In this document: positions 50,401 through 59,914 of the stretch, piece by piece
Layout: each line of letters starts with the position of its first letter
Position numbering within the stretch: position 1 is the first letter of the stretch
Origin: Candidatus Hydrogenedentota bacterium
GTDB lineage: Bacteria; Hydrogenedentota; Hydrogenedentia; Hydrogenedentales; SLHB01
Assembly (NCBI GenBank): GCA_045863335.1
Contig: BTVY01000002.1
Coordinates: 160,562 to 224,561, forward strand
Length of the DNA: 64,000 nucleotides
Direction of reading: 5' to 3'
Made by a program: the position numbers and the translations under genes
The notes under the pieces: model-generated
Database searches by the model: none
Seen by the model: only the letters and a program-made list of their open reading frames with translations
What the model was told of the DNA's origin: nothing

Positions 50401-51168
50401 ACCTGGGACGCCATAACCGGCGACGCCGGCTTGGAACTGGAAGGCCACGATGGCCCGGTGAGCGGCGTCTATTTCTCGCCTGATGGATCGAGCCTGCTCA
50501 CAATATCCTGGGACCAGAACGGTATTCTCTGGGATTTGCGGACCGGCAGTGCTGTCCACCACATCGAACACGCGGACGGACGCCGGGGACTGGCGGCCTT
50601 CAGCCCGGACGGCTCGCTCGCCGCAACCGTGACCGGGGATCACAGTGTGACCCTGTGGAACGCGGACACGGGGACGGCGTCGGCCGTGCTCCAAGGGCAT
50701 ACCAATCGAATCAGCGCGATTCGTTTTAGTCAAGACGCATCACGTGTGTTAACGACGTCTTTGGATGGAACCGCCCGGGTTTGGAACGGCAAGACCGGAG
50801 AACCCGTGACCGTGTTGGATGGACAGCACGAGAGCATCCAGGACGGCGCACTCAGTCCAGACGGATCGCGTGTGGCTACCGCCTCAGACGACGGGACCAT
50901 CCAGCTATGGGACGCATCGACGGGTGACCGACTTGGCGATCTGCTTGGGCATCGGGATTCCGTGACGACGGCCTTGTACCTGGATGACGGAGCGCGAATC
51001 CTGAGTGGTTCGGTCGATGGGACCGTACGACTATGGGATGCCGACACGGGCACCACCGTGCTGACCCTGACCGGGGCCGAGTTCGGAACCGGAGAAGTCG
51101 TTACGGCCGGCAGAACACAGCTCGCCGGCGCGATGCCTGACGGGCCCATTGTACTTTGGTCAAACTAA
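47473..51168 (+). CDS. Ser/Thr protein kinase with TM helix and C-terminal WD40 repeats
   Basis: RGGIGRV, ALK, HRDIKPNN, DWG, GTPTFMPPE, SDVYSLG; about 14 GH...WD-type repeats. Confidence 0.95.
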   Translation: MNNDRNLLFGIFAVQLRKVTPAQLVETAAAWTMDPSKDLSQRLIEAQIINESDRDRINMYVNDAVAAHEGDPVAALSSLDAAHRAHDTIESMKKSLKSVSPLDQTKLSPQRWLELGPVEDVPAVDETPGRYTRSSEYARGGIGRVLLVHDQYLGREIALKELLPIVSTDDATLDVNEPTPVQASTSLVFRFLQEARITGQLEHPSIVPVYELGRRKDGTIYYTMKLVRGRTFAQALRETGSLQERLKLLPHLIDLCQAIGYAHSRNVIHRDIKPNNVMIGEFGETVVLDWGLAKVRGQQDYQASQIEHTLKTLRVSDEAEAEATVEGQILGTPTFMPPEQAQGDLKNISERSDVYSLGAVLYSLLTGQYPFGGRNAKEILEQVLHQEPEPVEAIVPDAPPELIAICRRAMQRDPRKRYANGRELVDELARFQAGALVSAYSYSFREHLWRFANRHRAVLSTAAASLIILLGTAVFSYVQVSRDRNAAIAAKERESEQRLLATQARDAERVQRERAEKQLYLSNILLAQSRIDERRFDVAERVLDAAPASLRNWEWNHLKRLCHQEEWTFAGSGVPVEDVAVSPDGSLVLTASDDGIVHVVDAATGQQTQTLGPVESKIQRVWVNADGSRALTTVLEGAPRLWNVATTELVAILEAHPIPASSAGFSPDGKQAVTGSSDGTIKVWDATTGSETTTIAGDPHLVEVLFNADGSQVAERCTTGPVILFDTVSGDRVATLESPEGSVQQVEFSADGRLIALAAGNSTTLWNGIDFSRAFTLSGHEAEVSAIAFNPDASQLVSGSEDATLRLWDTATGSSLLVSDGHGDTITDVAFVDMPNRFISASLDHTVRVWDGVNGAEVRRLEGHSGPVRRLLADADGRSVVTCSDDRTVKRWSIPVPPGSPQLVLRGHSDAIRSIQFNPIGETLLSVSYDGTARVWDGNTGGITQTIALESGKIFCADWSPDGRVIATGSNDRIARTWDAITGDAGLELEGHDGPVSGVYFSPDGSSLLTISWDQNGILWDLRTGSAVHHIEHADGRRGLAAFSPDGSLAATVTGDHSVTLWNADTGTASAVLQGHTNRISAIRFSQDASRVLTTSLDGTARVWNGKTGEPVTVLDGQHESIQDGALSPDGSRVATASDDGTIQLWDASTGDRLGDLLGHRDSVTTALYLDDGARILSGSVDGTVRLWDADTGTTVLTLTGAEFGTGEVVTAGRTQLAGAMPDGPIVLWSN

Positions 51169-51351
51169 TCGGAGGAGTGATTTCACCAGTGCACGCCAAC
51201 TTTCTCTACTGCGCCAGTGCGTACCATGACAAGGGCTCGGCCAGGTTCGGGGTGTTGCGTTCCAAGTGCGAGACGGCGCCCCTATCACGCAAATCTAAAC
51301 TACGACAGATGACAAGTAGTGCATTTCAAAACAACCAGGAGAGGAGCACAC

Positions 51352-51702
51352 ATGTCGAAACCGGACAAGAAGAAAACAGCCAAAGAAATCGCGGAACCGG
51401 CAACCAAACCAGATAACAAATTCGTGGTTGATTTGATTGTACATGTCAAAGACGCGGATGGCGATTACATCACTGATCAACTCGCCAACGTGGCGGTCGA
51501 TACCCGGTCCAGCGGTGACGAGGATCCTCCCGACAAGCCATCCGATGCCACTGGGAAGGCGGAATTCCTGAACCTCGACACGACCGGGTCCGTGACCTAT
51601 GAAGTGTACGTTGATCATCCCAACTACTACCCGGAACTCATCTCGCAGTATTACGGCACGGGAGGGACGAAGAACATCTACTTTTACCTTGAGCCTGCGT
51701 GA
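51352..51702 (+). CDS. Small protein, carboxypeptidase-regulatory/transthyretin-like fold
   Basis: RBS GGAGAGGAG; VHVKDADG...ANVAV...SDATGKAEF.NL...YEVYVDHPNY. Confidence 0.65.
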   Translation: MSKPDKKKTAKEIAEPATKPDNKFVVDLIVHVKDADGDYITDQLANVAVDTRSSGDEDPPDKPSDATGKAEFLNLDTTGSVTYEVYVDHPNYYPELISQYYGTGGTKNIYFYLEPA

Positions 51703-51769
51703 GTTGCTCCGAAGTGCCTGAACAATCGAACGAAGCGACCTAACCTATCGAATAGATTGGAGCCAATCG

Positions 51770-52147
51770 ATGCAGAAACCAGGAAAAGGAAAATGTAAGA
51801 AGTTTGAAAAGGCGGTGCGTCCATACCGAATTCGGCTGACCGTTTCCGTCCGATACGTTGAAGATCCGACGGAGACCCCGCCGACCCTCACGAATGCGGT
51901 AGGAGCAATAGTGCATCTATCGAACGATGGTCTCTTCGGCGAGTCCCACATTCGGCTGACGAATGCCAGTGGAGATGCACATTTCGACATTGAGTCCATT
52001 AGCCCTAGCACCTCATGGAGTATTCACGTTACAGGCGTACACGGAACCCCCCCAAAACTGTACGATCGCACCCGGTTCATCGAACTGGACCAGACGGGAA
52101 ATCAAAAGTCGGTCCGTTTCGTCATTGCGCCCACCGATCTGTCGTGA
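51770..52147 (+). CDS. Small protein, putative transthyretin-like/Ig fold
   Basis: RBS GGAG; LTVSV...GAIVHL...TNASGDAHF...WSIHV. Confidence 0.55.
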   Translation: MQKPGKGKCKKFEKAVRPYRIRLTVSVRYVEDPTETPPTLTNAVGAIVHLSNDGLFGESHIRLTNASGDAHFDIESISPSTSWSIHVTGVHGTPPKLYDRTRFIELDQTGNQKSVRFVIAPTDLS

Positions 52148-52543
52148 ACTTCCGCAAACGAGGGCCGGGAATCCACGGCCATTCACGAAGGTGAACCAAA
52201 TGGATCGGCCATGCCATCGCCGGGACTTGAGCAACATTCCAGTTGCCCGGCTGGGGAAAACGCGGCCCGGAACGTGTCGCACGGAACTTCGCTGAAGAGG
52301 AATCGGCGAACGCCCTGAAACCCAGTCGGGCATTTGAGGCGGGTCGGCTGCCCATCCGACCGCAGTCGATGACGCAGTGGCGCAACTCGTCTCCCGGTCT
52401 AATTGTCATCGACGACACGCTTCTCGTCGTGTCGCCGCTTCGTCCAGAGAACCCGATGCCCACCTCTGGCATTGTCTTGCGATGTGCGGTGGGCTGAATG
52501 CATCTGCTAGGCTGCCCTCCGTCATTAATGGAGGGCCACGGTT

Positions 52544-54007
52544 TTGAAAGTGCTTTACATCGCCACGGAATGCAAGCCGTTTTCGAAGGCCGGAGGAATC
52601 GGGGACGTCGCGGGAGAATTGCCGCCCGCCCTGAAGAAGCGCGGCGTCGACATTGAAATCGTCACGCCCTGGTACGGATCAATGAACGTGATTGATCGAG
52701 GAATTCCGTGTCACGGAAAGGACGACATCCCGGTAGGCGTTGTCCCCTCCCACCTCCACGGCGTGCCTCTCAACTTTATCAAAGCTCCCCAGTATTTCGA
52801 GGGTAAGTACGGCAGCGTCTACGTGGACAGCAAGCACGTCCCCTTCTACGATGACACCCTGCGTTTTTCCTTCTTCTCCAAGGCCTGCCTGGAACTGATT
52901 CGGCAGAAGAAACCGGATATCGTTCACGTAAACGATTGGGGACTTTCCTATATCTTCGCCTTCATGGAACTGGCCGGGCTCACGGCGGGTAAAGTTATTA
53001 CGATTCACAATATTGGCTATCAAGGCAATATGGCCCGCTCGCGCGTTCCGGGAACGGAGATGGAGCGGATACTCGACTCATCAACACTCGAACGCCTCTA
53101 CCACGATCCGCGGCCGGAGTGGCATAGCGTCAACGCGTTGCGCTTGGGACTGGAACTGTGCGACTGCGCCCATACCGTTAGCCCGCAATATGCGAAGGAG
53201 ATGCTCGAGCCGGAGGACAGGAAGCGCTACTTCGAGGGCGGCAAGGGATTGGAAGAAGTGGCGAATCGACTTCATCAGCAAGGCCGGCTGGCCGGAATTC
53301 TCAACGGCTTCAACTACCGGTTCAAACCGACCGCTGAGGAATTCGAACGCTGCCTGAAAGATAAGGCCCGGTGTCGCAAACAAATCGCCTCCGATTTCGA
53401 TAATCCCCAATCGTTCCTTATCGGGTTCGTTGGGCGTGCGGTAGAGCAGAAGTTTAAGTTGCTGACGGAGAAGCTCGACGGGCGGCCCGTACTGGAACAC
53501 CTCCTCGAATTGGACGGCGTGAACGTTTGCGTCTTGGCGACGGGACTGCCGAAGTATGAGCGGTTCATCAAGCGCTACAACCGCAGGAGAAACTACTCCG
53601 CGACGGTGGATTTTCTCCCGGACAAGGCGCGGGCGATCAGCCTGGGCAGCGATCTCTTCCTCATGCCGAGCCTGTACGAGCCCTGCGGGATCACGCAGAT
53701 GGAGGCCCTCAGTAACGCGACGCCCCCGCTGGTACGCGCCACTGGCGGTCTCGTGGACACGGTCATCCCCCACACGGCGCGTAACGGTACGGGGTTCATG
53801 TTTGACGGAACCACCAAGAAGCGGGTGCTTCGGAATCTCGTTGAAACCGTCCGCGAGGCCCGTGACCTGTATTTCAATGAACCGGACCAGTATCGCGCGT
53901 TGCAACAGCGTGGATTCAAACAGCGCTTTACTTGGGCCAAGGCCGCCAAACAATACATCTCAGAGATCTATGAACCCGTGATGCGCGGAAAGCTTTCCAG
54001 GGGTTGA
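52544..54007 (+). CDS. glgA: Glycogen/starch synthase (GT5)
   Basis: ECKPFSKAGGIGDV, HVNDW, TIHNIGYQG, TVSPQYAKE, GILNG, MPSLYEPCGITQM, TGGLVDTV. Confidence 0.85.
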   Translation: MKVLYIATECKPFSKAGGIGDVAGELPPALKKRGVDIEIVTPWYGSMNVIDRGIPCHGKDDIPVGVVPSHLHGVPLNFIKAPQYFEGKYGSVYVDSKHVPFYDDTLRFSFFSKACLELIRQKKPDIVHVNDWGLSYIFAFMELAGLTAGKVITIHNIGYQGNMARSRVPGTEMERILDSSTLERLYHDPRPEWHSVNALRLGLELCDCAHTVSPQYAKEMLEPEDRKRYFEGGKGLEEVANRLHQQGRLAGILNGFNYRFKPTAEEFERCLKDKARCRKQIASDFDNPQSFLIGFVGRAVEQKFKLLTEKLDGRPVLEHLLELDGVNVCVLATGLPKYERFIKRYNRRRNYSATVDFLPDKARAISLGSDLFLMPSLYEPCGITQMEALSNATPPLVRATGGLVDTVIPHTARNGTGFMFDGTTKKRVLRNLVETVREARDLYFNEPDQYRALQQRGFKQRFTWAKAAKQYISEIYEPVMRGKLSRG

Positions 54008-54166
54008 TTCGCCGTGCGCGCCTGTAGACTGCTCGTACGCGATGCGGACGCGAACCTCAGTGCACAATCCCAGACGTAACCCTCCCGCCGGGATCGGTGT
54101 CTTTCCATGTGAATGGCGACGTGCACCGGCTACCACGCAGCCGCGAAACCCTCGGGAGGTGCAGTG

Positions 54167-55339
54167 ATGACCGATTTCATCAATCGACGGCGATTTATGC
54201 AAGGCGTCGCGGCAATGGGTTTGGCCACCGCACTACCGGACGCTAACGCGGCACCTGACGCGCGCGAATACGGCGGGCCAAACGTTGTCGTCGTACGCTT
54301 CGGCGGCGGGGTGCGGCGGCGGGAGACCATCGACCCGCAACATACGTACAGTCCATACTTTCTCCACAGTCTGGCGAAGCGCGGCACACTGTTCACGAAC
54401 ATGGAGATCGAGCAACTCGCGGGCGTTGAGACCAGCCACGGCCAGGGCACGCTCTACACAATGACCGGCCGCTATGAGCGCTATCAGGATGTAGGCGGCA
54501 AGTTTCTGGGACAGCGCTTTGAATCAAAGTTTCCGACCATGTTCGAGTATCTGCGCCGGGAATACAACGTGCCGCCGCACCAGGCCTTGATCGTTAACGG
54601 CGAGGATCGCACCGACGAGGAATTCTATTCCTTTAGCAACCATCATCTTTTCGGCGTTGAGTATCGTTCCAATGTGTTGAGCCTTTATCGATTCAAAACC
54701 TATCTCTTACGCAGACAGATTGAAGAGGGCGCATTCAAGGACAGTGAACGCACCGAGAATACGAAGGAACTCGCGAAACTGGAAGCCCTGGACTATCGCG
54801 CGGGCAGTGAAAACCGGCAGTCGCGGGAGATCGAAGCGTTCTGGGAACGATGGCGGCAATTCTACGGGGAAACCGGCTTCGTCAATCCGCGAGGAGATCG
54901 GCTGCTAACCGAACTGAGCCTCCGCGCCATGCGCGAATTGCAGCCACGGCTGTTGATGATCAATTACAACGACCCCGACTATGTCCACTGGGGCGATCCG
55001 ACGTTCTACACGCGAGGCATTGCGGTCATCGATGAGGGACTGCAACGGCTCACAGCGGCTGTCGAGGCGGATCCCTTCTACCGCGACAACACGGTGTTCG
55101 TCGTCGTGCCGGACTGCGGGCGCGACAACAATCGCCTCATGCCCGTGCCCTTTCAACACCATTTCAATTCGAAGTCGTCGCACGAGATCTTCGCACTGCT
55201 CCTTGGACCCGGCATTGCGCGGAGCGTCACGGTCGACCGGCTCGTCCAGCAGGTCGACGTGCTGCCCACAATCGGCCACATCATGAATTTTGAAACGCCT
55301 TACGCGGAGGGCCGTGTGCTCGAGGAGGCCATTGCATGA
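54167..55339 (+). CDS. Tat-exported alkaline-phosphatase-superfamily protein
   Basis: NRRRF; PNVVVV, PTMFEYLR, DPDYVH, DNTVFVVVPDCG, QVDVLPTI. Confidence 0.75.
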   Translation: MTDFINRRRFMQGVAAMGLATALPDANAAPDAREYGGPNVVVVRFGGGVRRRETIDPQHTYSPYFLHSLAKRGTLFTNMEIEQLAGVETSHGQGTLYTMTGRYERYQDVGGKFLGQRFESKFPTMFEYLRREYNVPPHQALIVNGEDRTDEEFYSFSNHHLFGVEYRSNVLSLYRFKTYLLRRQIEEGAFKDSERTENTKELAKLEALDYRAGSENRQSREIEAFWERWRQFYGETGFVNPRGDRLLTELSLRAMRELQPRLLMINYNDPDYVHWGDPTFYTRGIAVIDEGLQRLTAAVEADPFYRDNTVFVVVPDCGRDNNRLMPVPFQHHFNSKSSHEIFALLLGPGIARSVTVDRLVQQVDVLPTIGHIMNFETPYAEGRVLEEAIA

Positions 55340-56520
55340 GCGCCGACACCCGGTCGATAGCATCGCTTTGGGAAGCACGCGTCCGCCGCGTGGGTGGAAT
55401 TGCAGCACGTTTCTTAGCCGGCGTCATCTTCTGTCAGCGCGCAATACTTTCGCTTGCCGTCGTCGGCTGGACGTACCGGTTCATGCAGGGAAGCGCAGCG
55501 CGGTACTGGTATCGCGCGACTGGCGGGCCGTTGAAGTGCGGCTCGTTTTCCGAATTCGCGCAGAGCGATAGCGCAACAAAGTGTCTCGCGACGACGCCTC
55601 GCTTTGTCTTCGCTGAAAATGGTGATGAACTGCCCGCGAGCTTCGGGAGAGTTCGACGCGCCGCCCGGACGCTGACAGGCTCTCTTGTAAAGAACCTCAA
55701 GATCGGTCTGCTCGGTTTTGCTAACACCTCGGTGCTGGTTGCGCCTGCGGAAGTGCTGTGGTACTTCGGCTGGTTCGCGGGATGGCACATCTCCTTCAAC
55801 AAGGTCTACGAGCAACACGCAATTGGTCTAACCATCTCGTGGATCGGCATCGCGTGGTTCATCGCGGCCATGTTCTACGTGCCCCTGGCGCAGGCCCGGC
55901 AGGCGGTGACCGGAGACTGGAAACGCTTCTACGACTTTCGTTTGATTCGGACTCTGGTCGCGCGCCACCGACTTGCCTGCTTGATGCTCGCCGCGTTCTA
56001 CGCTGTGGGTTCGCTGCCGCTCCTCATATTCAAATTCGCACCCTACTCCCTTGGCGGCATGAGCGCGGCCATGGAGACGATGCCGAATGCCGCGCTCCTT
56101 GCGCGACTCAACCAATACTTTTTCCTGACCACCTTTGTCGCCTTCCCCATCTACGTGGGCATGCGTTTGCTGGCGACACGTATCTACGCGCGCGCCCTGC
56201 TACAGGCCGTCGCGGACGGCGCGGTTGAAATTGATTCGCTCGAAACCTTCGAGCGCGACGTACTAAGACGTTTGGGCGTCACGCAACCTGCCGCTCGAGC
56301 GATGCCAGAACCGATCGTGCGCCGGGTACCGCGCAAGGCGTGGCGCGCGGGACTCGTCACGGCGACGATCGTGCTGTGGTTCGCCGTGGTGGCGCAGGTC
56401 TACGTGAGCGAGTTCTTCGTCTATCGCGGCGCGCGCGGCTGGTTGAATCAGCCCCTGGTGCAATTGCCCTGGTTCCGCTATGTACCGGCGCACCTGGAGA
56501 ATCCGGACGGTGCGCTGTAG
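55336..56520 (+). CDS. Multi-pass membrane protein
   Basis: About 6 TM segments; ATGA overlap with the upstream gene. Confidence 0.75.
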   Translation: MSADTRSIASLWEARVRRVGGIAARFLAGVIFCQRAILSLAVVGWTYRFMQGSAARYWYRATGGPLKCGSFSEFAQSDSATKCLATTPRFVFAENGDELPASFGRVRRAARTLTGSLVKNLKIGLLGFANTSVLVAPAEVLWYFGWFAGWHISFNKVYEQHAIGLTISWIGIAWFIAAMFYVPLAQARQAVTGDWKRFYDFRLIRTLVARHRLACLMLAAFYAVGSLPLLIFKFAPYSLGGMSAAMETMPNAALLARLNQYFFLTTFVAFPIYVGMRLLATRIYARALLQAVADGAVEIDSLETFERDVLRRLGVTQPAARAMPEPIVRRVPRKAWRAGLVTATIVLWFAVVAQVYVSEFFVYRGARGWLNQPLVQLPWFRYVPAHLENPDGAL

Positions 56521-56613
56521 GACGGGAATGATTCCCGTCCTACTGGAACCGAATATGGATATCGATGCGCGCGCACAGATATACTCCGCGAACGCAAGGC
56601 GGAGTTTGTCCCT

Positions 56614-57657
56614 ATGCCAATTTCGCGACGACAGTTCATGGCTGGAATGGCGGCGGCCGCGTCCGGTTTAGTTTCTCTGGCCGCTTCTGACGTAGCAGCT
56701 CCGCGGTTCGCGACGCGTGGTGCGATCCTCGGCGTTCGCGACATGGAGACCTACGATTGGCCCGCGCTCGCCGCGTCGGCGGGATTGACAACGCTCGCTA
56801 CGCACGTGACCCCTTCCGAAGTGGCGGCATTTATGAATACGGAAAAGGGGCAACAGTTCCGTGAAAACTGCACCAAGTATGGCATCGAAACCGAACACGA
56901 ACTGCATGCGCTCGGCGATCTTCTCCCCCGCTCCCTCTTTGACAAGAATCCTGCGATGTTCCGCATGGACGATGCCGGCAATCGCGTGCGTGACTACAAT
57001 CTGTGCGTCCACTCGTCGCAAGCGCTGGAAGTAGCGGCGGAGAATGCGGCGCGGTACACGCGACTCCTGCCTTCCTCGACCGGCCGCTACTTCTACTGGA
57101 TCGACGACGCCGTGCCCATGTGCCGGTGCCCGGAGTGCCGGGCGTATTCCGACAGCGACCAAGCGCTGATTCTCGAAAACCATCTTTTACGCGCGATTCG
57201 CTCCGTGGACGCGCGCGCGACGCTTGCGCACCTGGCATACGTCAATACGCTCGACCCTCCGACCACGGTCAAGCCTGAGGCTGGCGTGTTTCTGGAGTTT
57301 GCTCCGATCGAGCGGAGCTACGATTCACCACTGAGCGCGCGCAATACTGCCGGTGCGATGCACGATGTAACTCACGGCCGCCTGCTGGATGCGCTCGACG
57401 CGAATCTGGAGTGGTTTGGCGCGGAGAGCGCGCAGATTCTGGAGTACTGGTTGGATGTTTCCCGGTTCTCCGGATGGAAACGCGAGAATGTATCGGCCAT
57501 ACCGTGGAGTGATGAAGTCTTTCGCGATGACGTAAAGACGTACGCAGACCGCGGCATTCGGCATGTCACGACTTTCGCGGTATGGATTGATGAGGATTAC
57601 GTGGAACAATACGGCGTCGAGTCCGTCATGGCTTACGGCAGCGGCCTGAACGCATAA
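56614..57657 (+). CDS. Tat-exported DUF4838-like protein
   Basis: SRRQF; LFDKNPAMF, NLC, WIDD...CRCPEC, LAYVNTLDPP. Confidence 0.75.
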   Translation: MPISRRQFMAGMAAAASGLVSLAASDVAAPRFATRGAILGVRDMETYDWPALAASAGLTTLATHVTPSEVAAFMNTEKGQQFRENCTKYGIETEHELHALGDLLPRSLFDKNPAMFRMDDAGNRVRDYNLCVHSSQALEVAAENAARYTRLLPSSTGRYFYWIDDAVPMCRCPECRAYSDSDQALILENHLLRAIRSVDARATLAHLAYVNTLDPPTTVKPEAGVFLEFAPIERSYDSPLSARNTAGAMHDVTHGRLLDALDANLEWFGAESAQILEYWLDVSRFSGWKRENVSAIPWSDEVFRDDVKTYADRGIRHVTTFAVWIDEDYVEQYGVESVMAYGSGLNA

Positions 57658-57672
57658 CCGATGAGGAAACGT

Positions 57673-58449
57673 ATGAGCGAGTCCATTGCAGTCACTCACG
57701 AAGACATGGTGTCGACCGTGACGTACACGAATCCGCCGTTCAATTTGCTTGATATCGAAATCATGGATGCGCTGGTCACCGCGCACCAGGAGGCGGACGC
57801 GCACCCGGACACGCGGGTTATCGTGACGCGCTCGGGCTTGGATGGCATGTTCTGCAATGGGTTGAATCCCATGACGGTGCTGGAAGCGGACCTCGACGGC
57901 CGCTCGGCAATCTTCGCCGGTGTCGGACGGATGATTCACGGACTCTACTCGCTCAGGAAACCGCACATCGCCGTGTTGAATGGCCCCGCCATGGCCGGCG
58001 GCGCGGTCTTTGCAATCACGGCGGACTTCCGATACTTGGACCAGGATCGCGGCGCCCTCTGTTTTGCGGAAGCCAAGGTGGGCGTACCCGTGCCGGAGGA
58101 GCTTGCGGCCATCATCGCTGGAGTGTGCTCGCCCGCGATGTTGCGCGAAGTCGTCATGCTCGGCAAGAACCTGAAACCCGAACAGGCCCTCGCCGCGGGA
58201 TTGGTCGATGGGATTGCGCCCGCAGACGGCCTGGAGGAACTCGTGTCCACGCAGGTGGCGCGCTTGTCGCGATTGAGTTGCGACGTTGTGAAGGCCTGCA
58301 AAGCCAGTATTCGCGCGCCTATCTTGCATAAGACCGCGGCTTCGCTCGATGTGGAGAACGCGGCGTTCACGCGTTTCCTCTCGGACGAATATCTGGGCGA
58401 AGGCTTGAAGGCGTTTCTTGAAGGACGTCAACCGGTTTTCACGAAGTAA
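57673..58449 (+). CDS. Enoyl-CoA hydratase/isomerase family
   Basis: NPPFN, FCNGLN, NGPAMAGG, AEAKVG, AFLEGRQPVF. Confidence 0.9.
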   Translation: MSESIAVTHEDMVSTVTYTNPPFNLLDIEIMDALVTAHQEADAHPDTRVIVTRSGLDGMFCNGLNPMTVLEADLDGRSAIFAGVGRMIHGLYSLRKPHIAVLNGPAMAGGAVFAITADFRYLDQDRGALCFAEAKVGVPVPEELAAIIAGVCSPAMLREVVMLGKNLKPEQALAAGLVDGIAPADGLEELVSTQVARLSRLSCDVVKACKASIRAPILHKTAASLDVENAAFTRFLSDEYLGEGLKAFLEGRQPVFTK

Positions 58450-58551
58450 TCGGGCCTATAATCACGCGACCCGGGAGTATTGCATCCCCCCTATTTGAAT
58501 TTCGAGCGACGAGGGCGCAAGTTCCGAATGAGAGACGCTCGTCGGCGCGAA

Positions 58552-58597
58552 ACGGTGAGGCCCGGAGGAGAATCGACTGCTCCGGGCCTTTACCGTC
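58552..58597. terminator. Hairpin between convergent genes
   Basis: AGGCCCGGAG...CTCCGGGCCT inverted repeat. Confidence 0.6.
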
Positions 58598-58629
58598 GTC
58601 TAGCCATGGCGACGGACACGCGACCTTGT

Positions 58630-59418
58630 TTAGGCCGCTGTCAAAGTCGTTAGCCATTCCTGTTCGCACAGTTCCGCGATTGACGGCACGATTACATCCG
58701 GCCGGTACGCGAACCGGCTCAGGTCCGCTTCGCTGGTACCACCGGACAAGACCAGCACGGTGCGATACCCCATCTGGACGCCGCCGAGGATATCGGTCTC
58801 CATGGTATCGCCGATCATGACCGTTTCCTCGGCGGAAAGCCCCAGCTCTTTTCGCGCGGCGCGCATCATCACCGGGCTCGGTTTGCCGACGCTGAACGCT
58901 TCGATCCCCGTGGCGCGTTCGAGCATGGCAACGATCGCGCCGCAACCGGGGCGCAACCCTTCCGAAGTGGGGCAGTTGGGATCGGGATTCGTCGCAACGA
59001 GTTTCGCGCCGCCTACGATCATGCGAACGGCTTTCTCAATATGCTCGAAGGTAAACGTGCGTCCTTCGCCCACGACAACGTAGTCGGGATCGCTGTCCAC
59101 GATCGAATAGCCGTTGTGGTGCAAGGCCTGCGTGAGCCCGCCTTCGCCGATGATGAAGGCAGTCCCATGCGGTTTCTGATGGGCAAGAAACCGCGCAGTC
59201 GCCATGGCACACGTGAAGATGTGCCGCTCCTCGACGGGTATCCCCATGCGGCGCAGCCTCGTGGCCACGTCGCGTCCGGTACGCTGACTGTTGTTGGTCA
59301 GAAACAGAAATGGGATCTCCCGTTCCAGCAACTTACGGACGAACGTATCCGCTCCGGGGATCATTTCGTGTCCCCGGTAGATAACACCGTCCATGTCAAT
59401 AAGGAACCCTTGCCTCAT
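58630..59418 (-). CDS. nagD: HAD-IIA hydrolase, NagD-like
   Basis: DMDGV, LTNNS, ATNPD, GKPSP, IGDTMETDI. Confidence 0.9.
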   Translation of the reverse strand: MRQGFLIDMDGVIYRGHEMIPGADTFVRKLLEREIPFLFLTNNSQRTGRDVATRLRRMGIPVEERHIFTCAMATARFLAHQKPHGTAFIIGEGGLTQALHHNGYSIVDSDPDYVVVGEGRTFTFEHIEKAVRMIVGGAKLVATNPDPNCPTSEGLRPGCGAIVAMLERATGIEAFSVGKPSPVMMRAARKELGLSAEETVMIGDTMETDILGGVQMGYRTVLVLSGGTSEADLSRFAYRPDVIVPSIAELCEQEWLTTLTAA

Positions 59419-59898
59419 TCGCTTCAATCCTTTCCGGCACGGGGTGCAACCGTACCTTCATTTCGGTGTTGGTTTGGTTTTGCGTCAACAGCACGCGGTC
59501 AGACTGTACCGCGCGAAAGTTTGAATCGGGTTATCGATCGATGAGTTTCCCGCGTAGCCCGGATCAGCGGTGGGATTGGCCTCGAAAGCGGCTCCTCCAG
59601 TCGCATGGAATTGCGCAAAGTTCTGTACTCGCTTGCCGTATCTTTTCGGTCTCCCCGATCAGGATCCGCACGCGCGATCCGGCGTACAGGCTTCATTGCG
59701 GCACCTTCCTGAGCACTGAGCCGCGCGCGTCCAAAGCAACATCAGGAGTGAAGGACACTGACTCGACTGCCGCATCACCTGAAGGAGTAGTCCGGCAAAT
59801 ACGTATGCGTGGTGAATGGCGAGATCGCTGTGCATAATGACGTACCCTTTATCTCCGTGGACCGTGACTTGTGAAATCCGGATACACATGAGCGTATG

Positions 59899-59914
59899 GC
59901 AATCGCCATGCCAA
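59899..59914 (-). promoter_or_regulatory. sigma54 (-24/-12) promoter TTGGCATGGCGATTGC
   Basis: Matches TGGCACG-N4-TTGC with one mismatch and exact GG-N10-GC spacing. Confidence 0.65.

Noticed and set aside
47473-51168. DWG instead of DFG in the kinase as a sign of inactivity or novelty
   Set aside because: DWG is a common variant in bacterial kinase-WD40 proteins, and the catalytic Lys, HRD and Asn are intact
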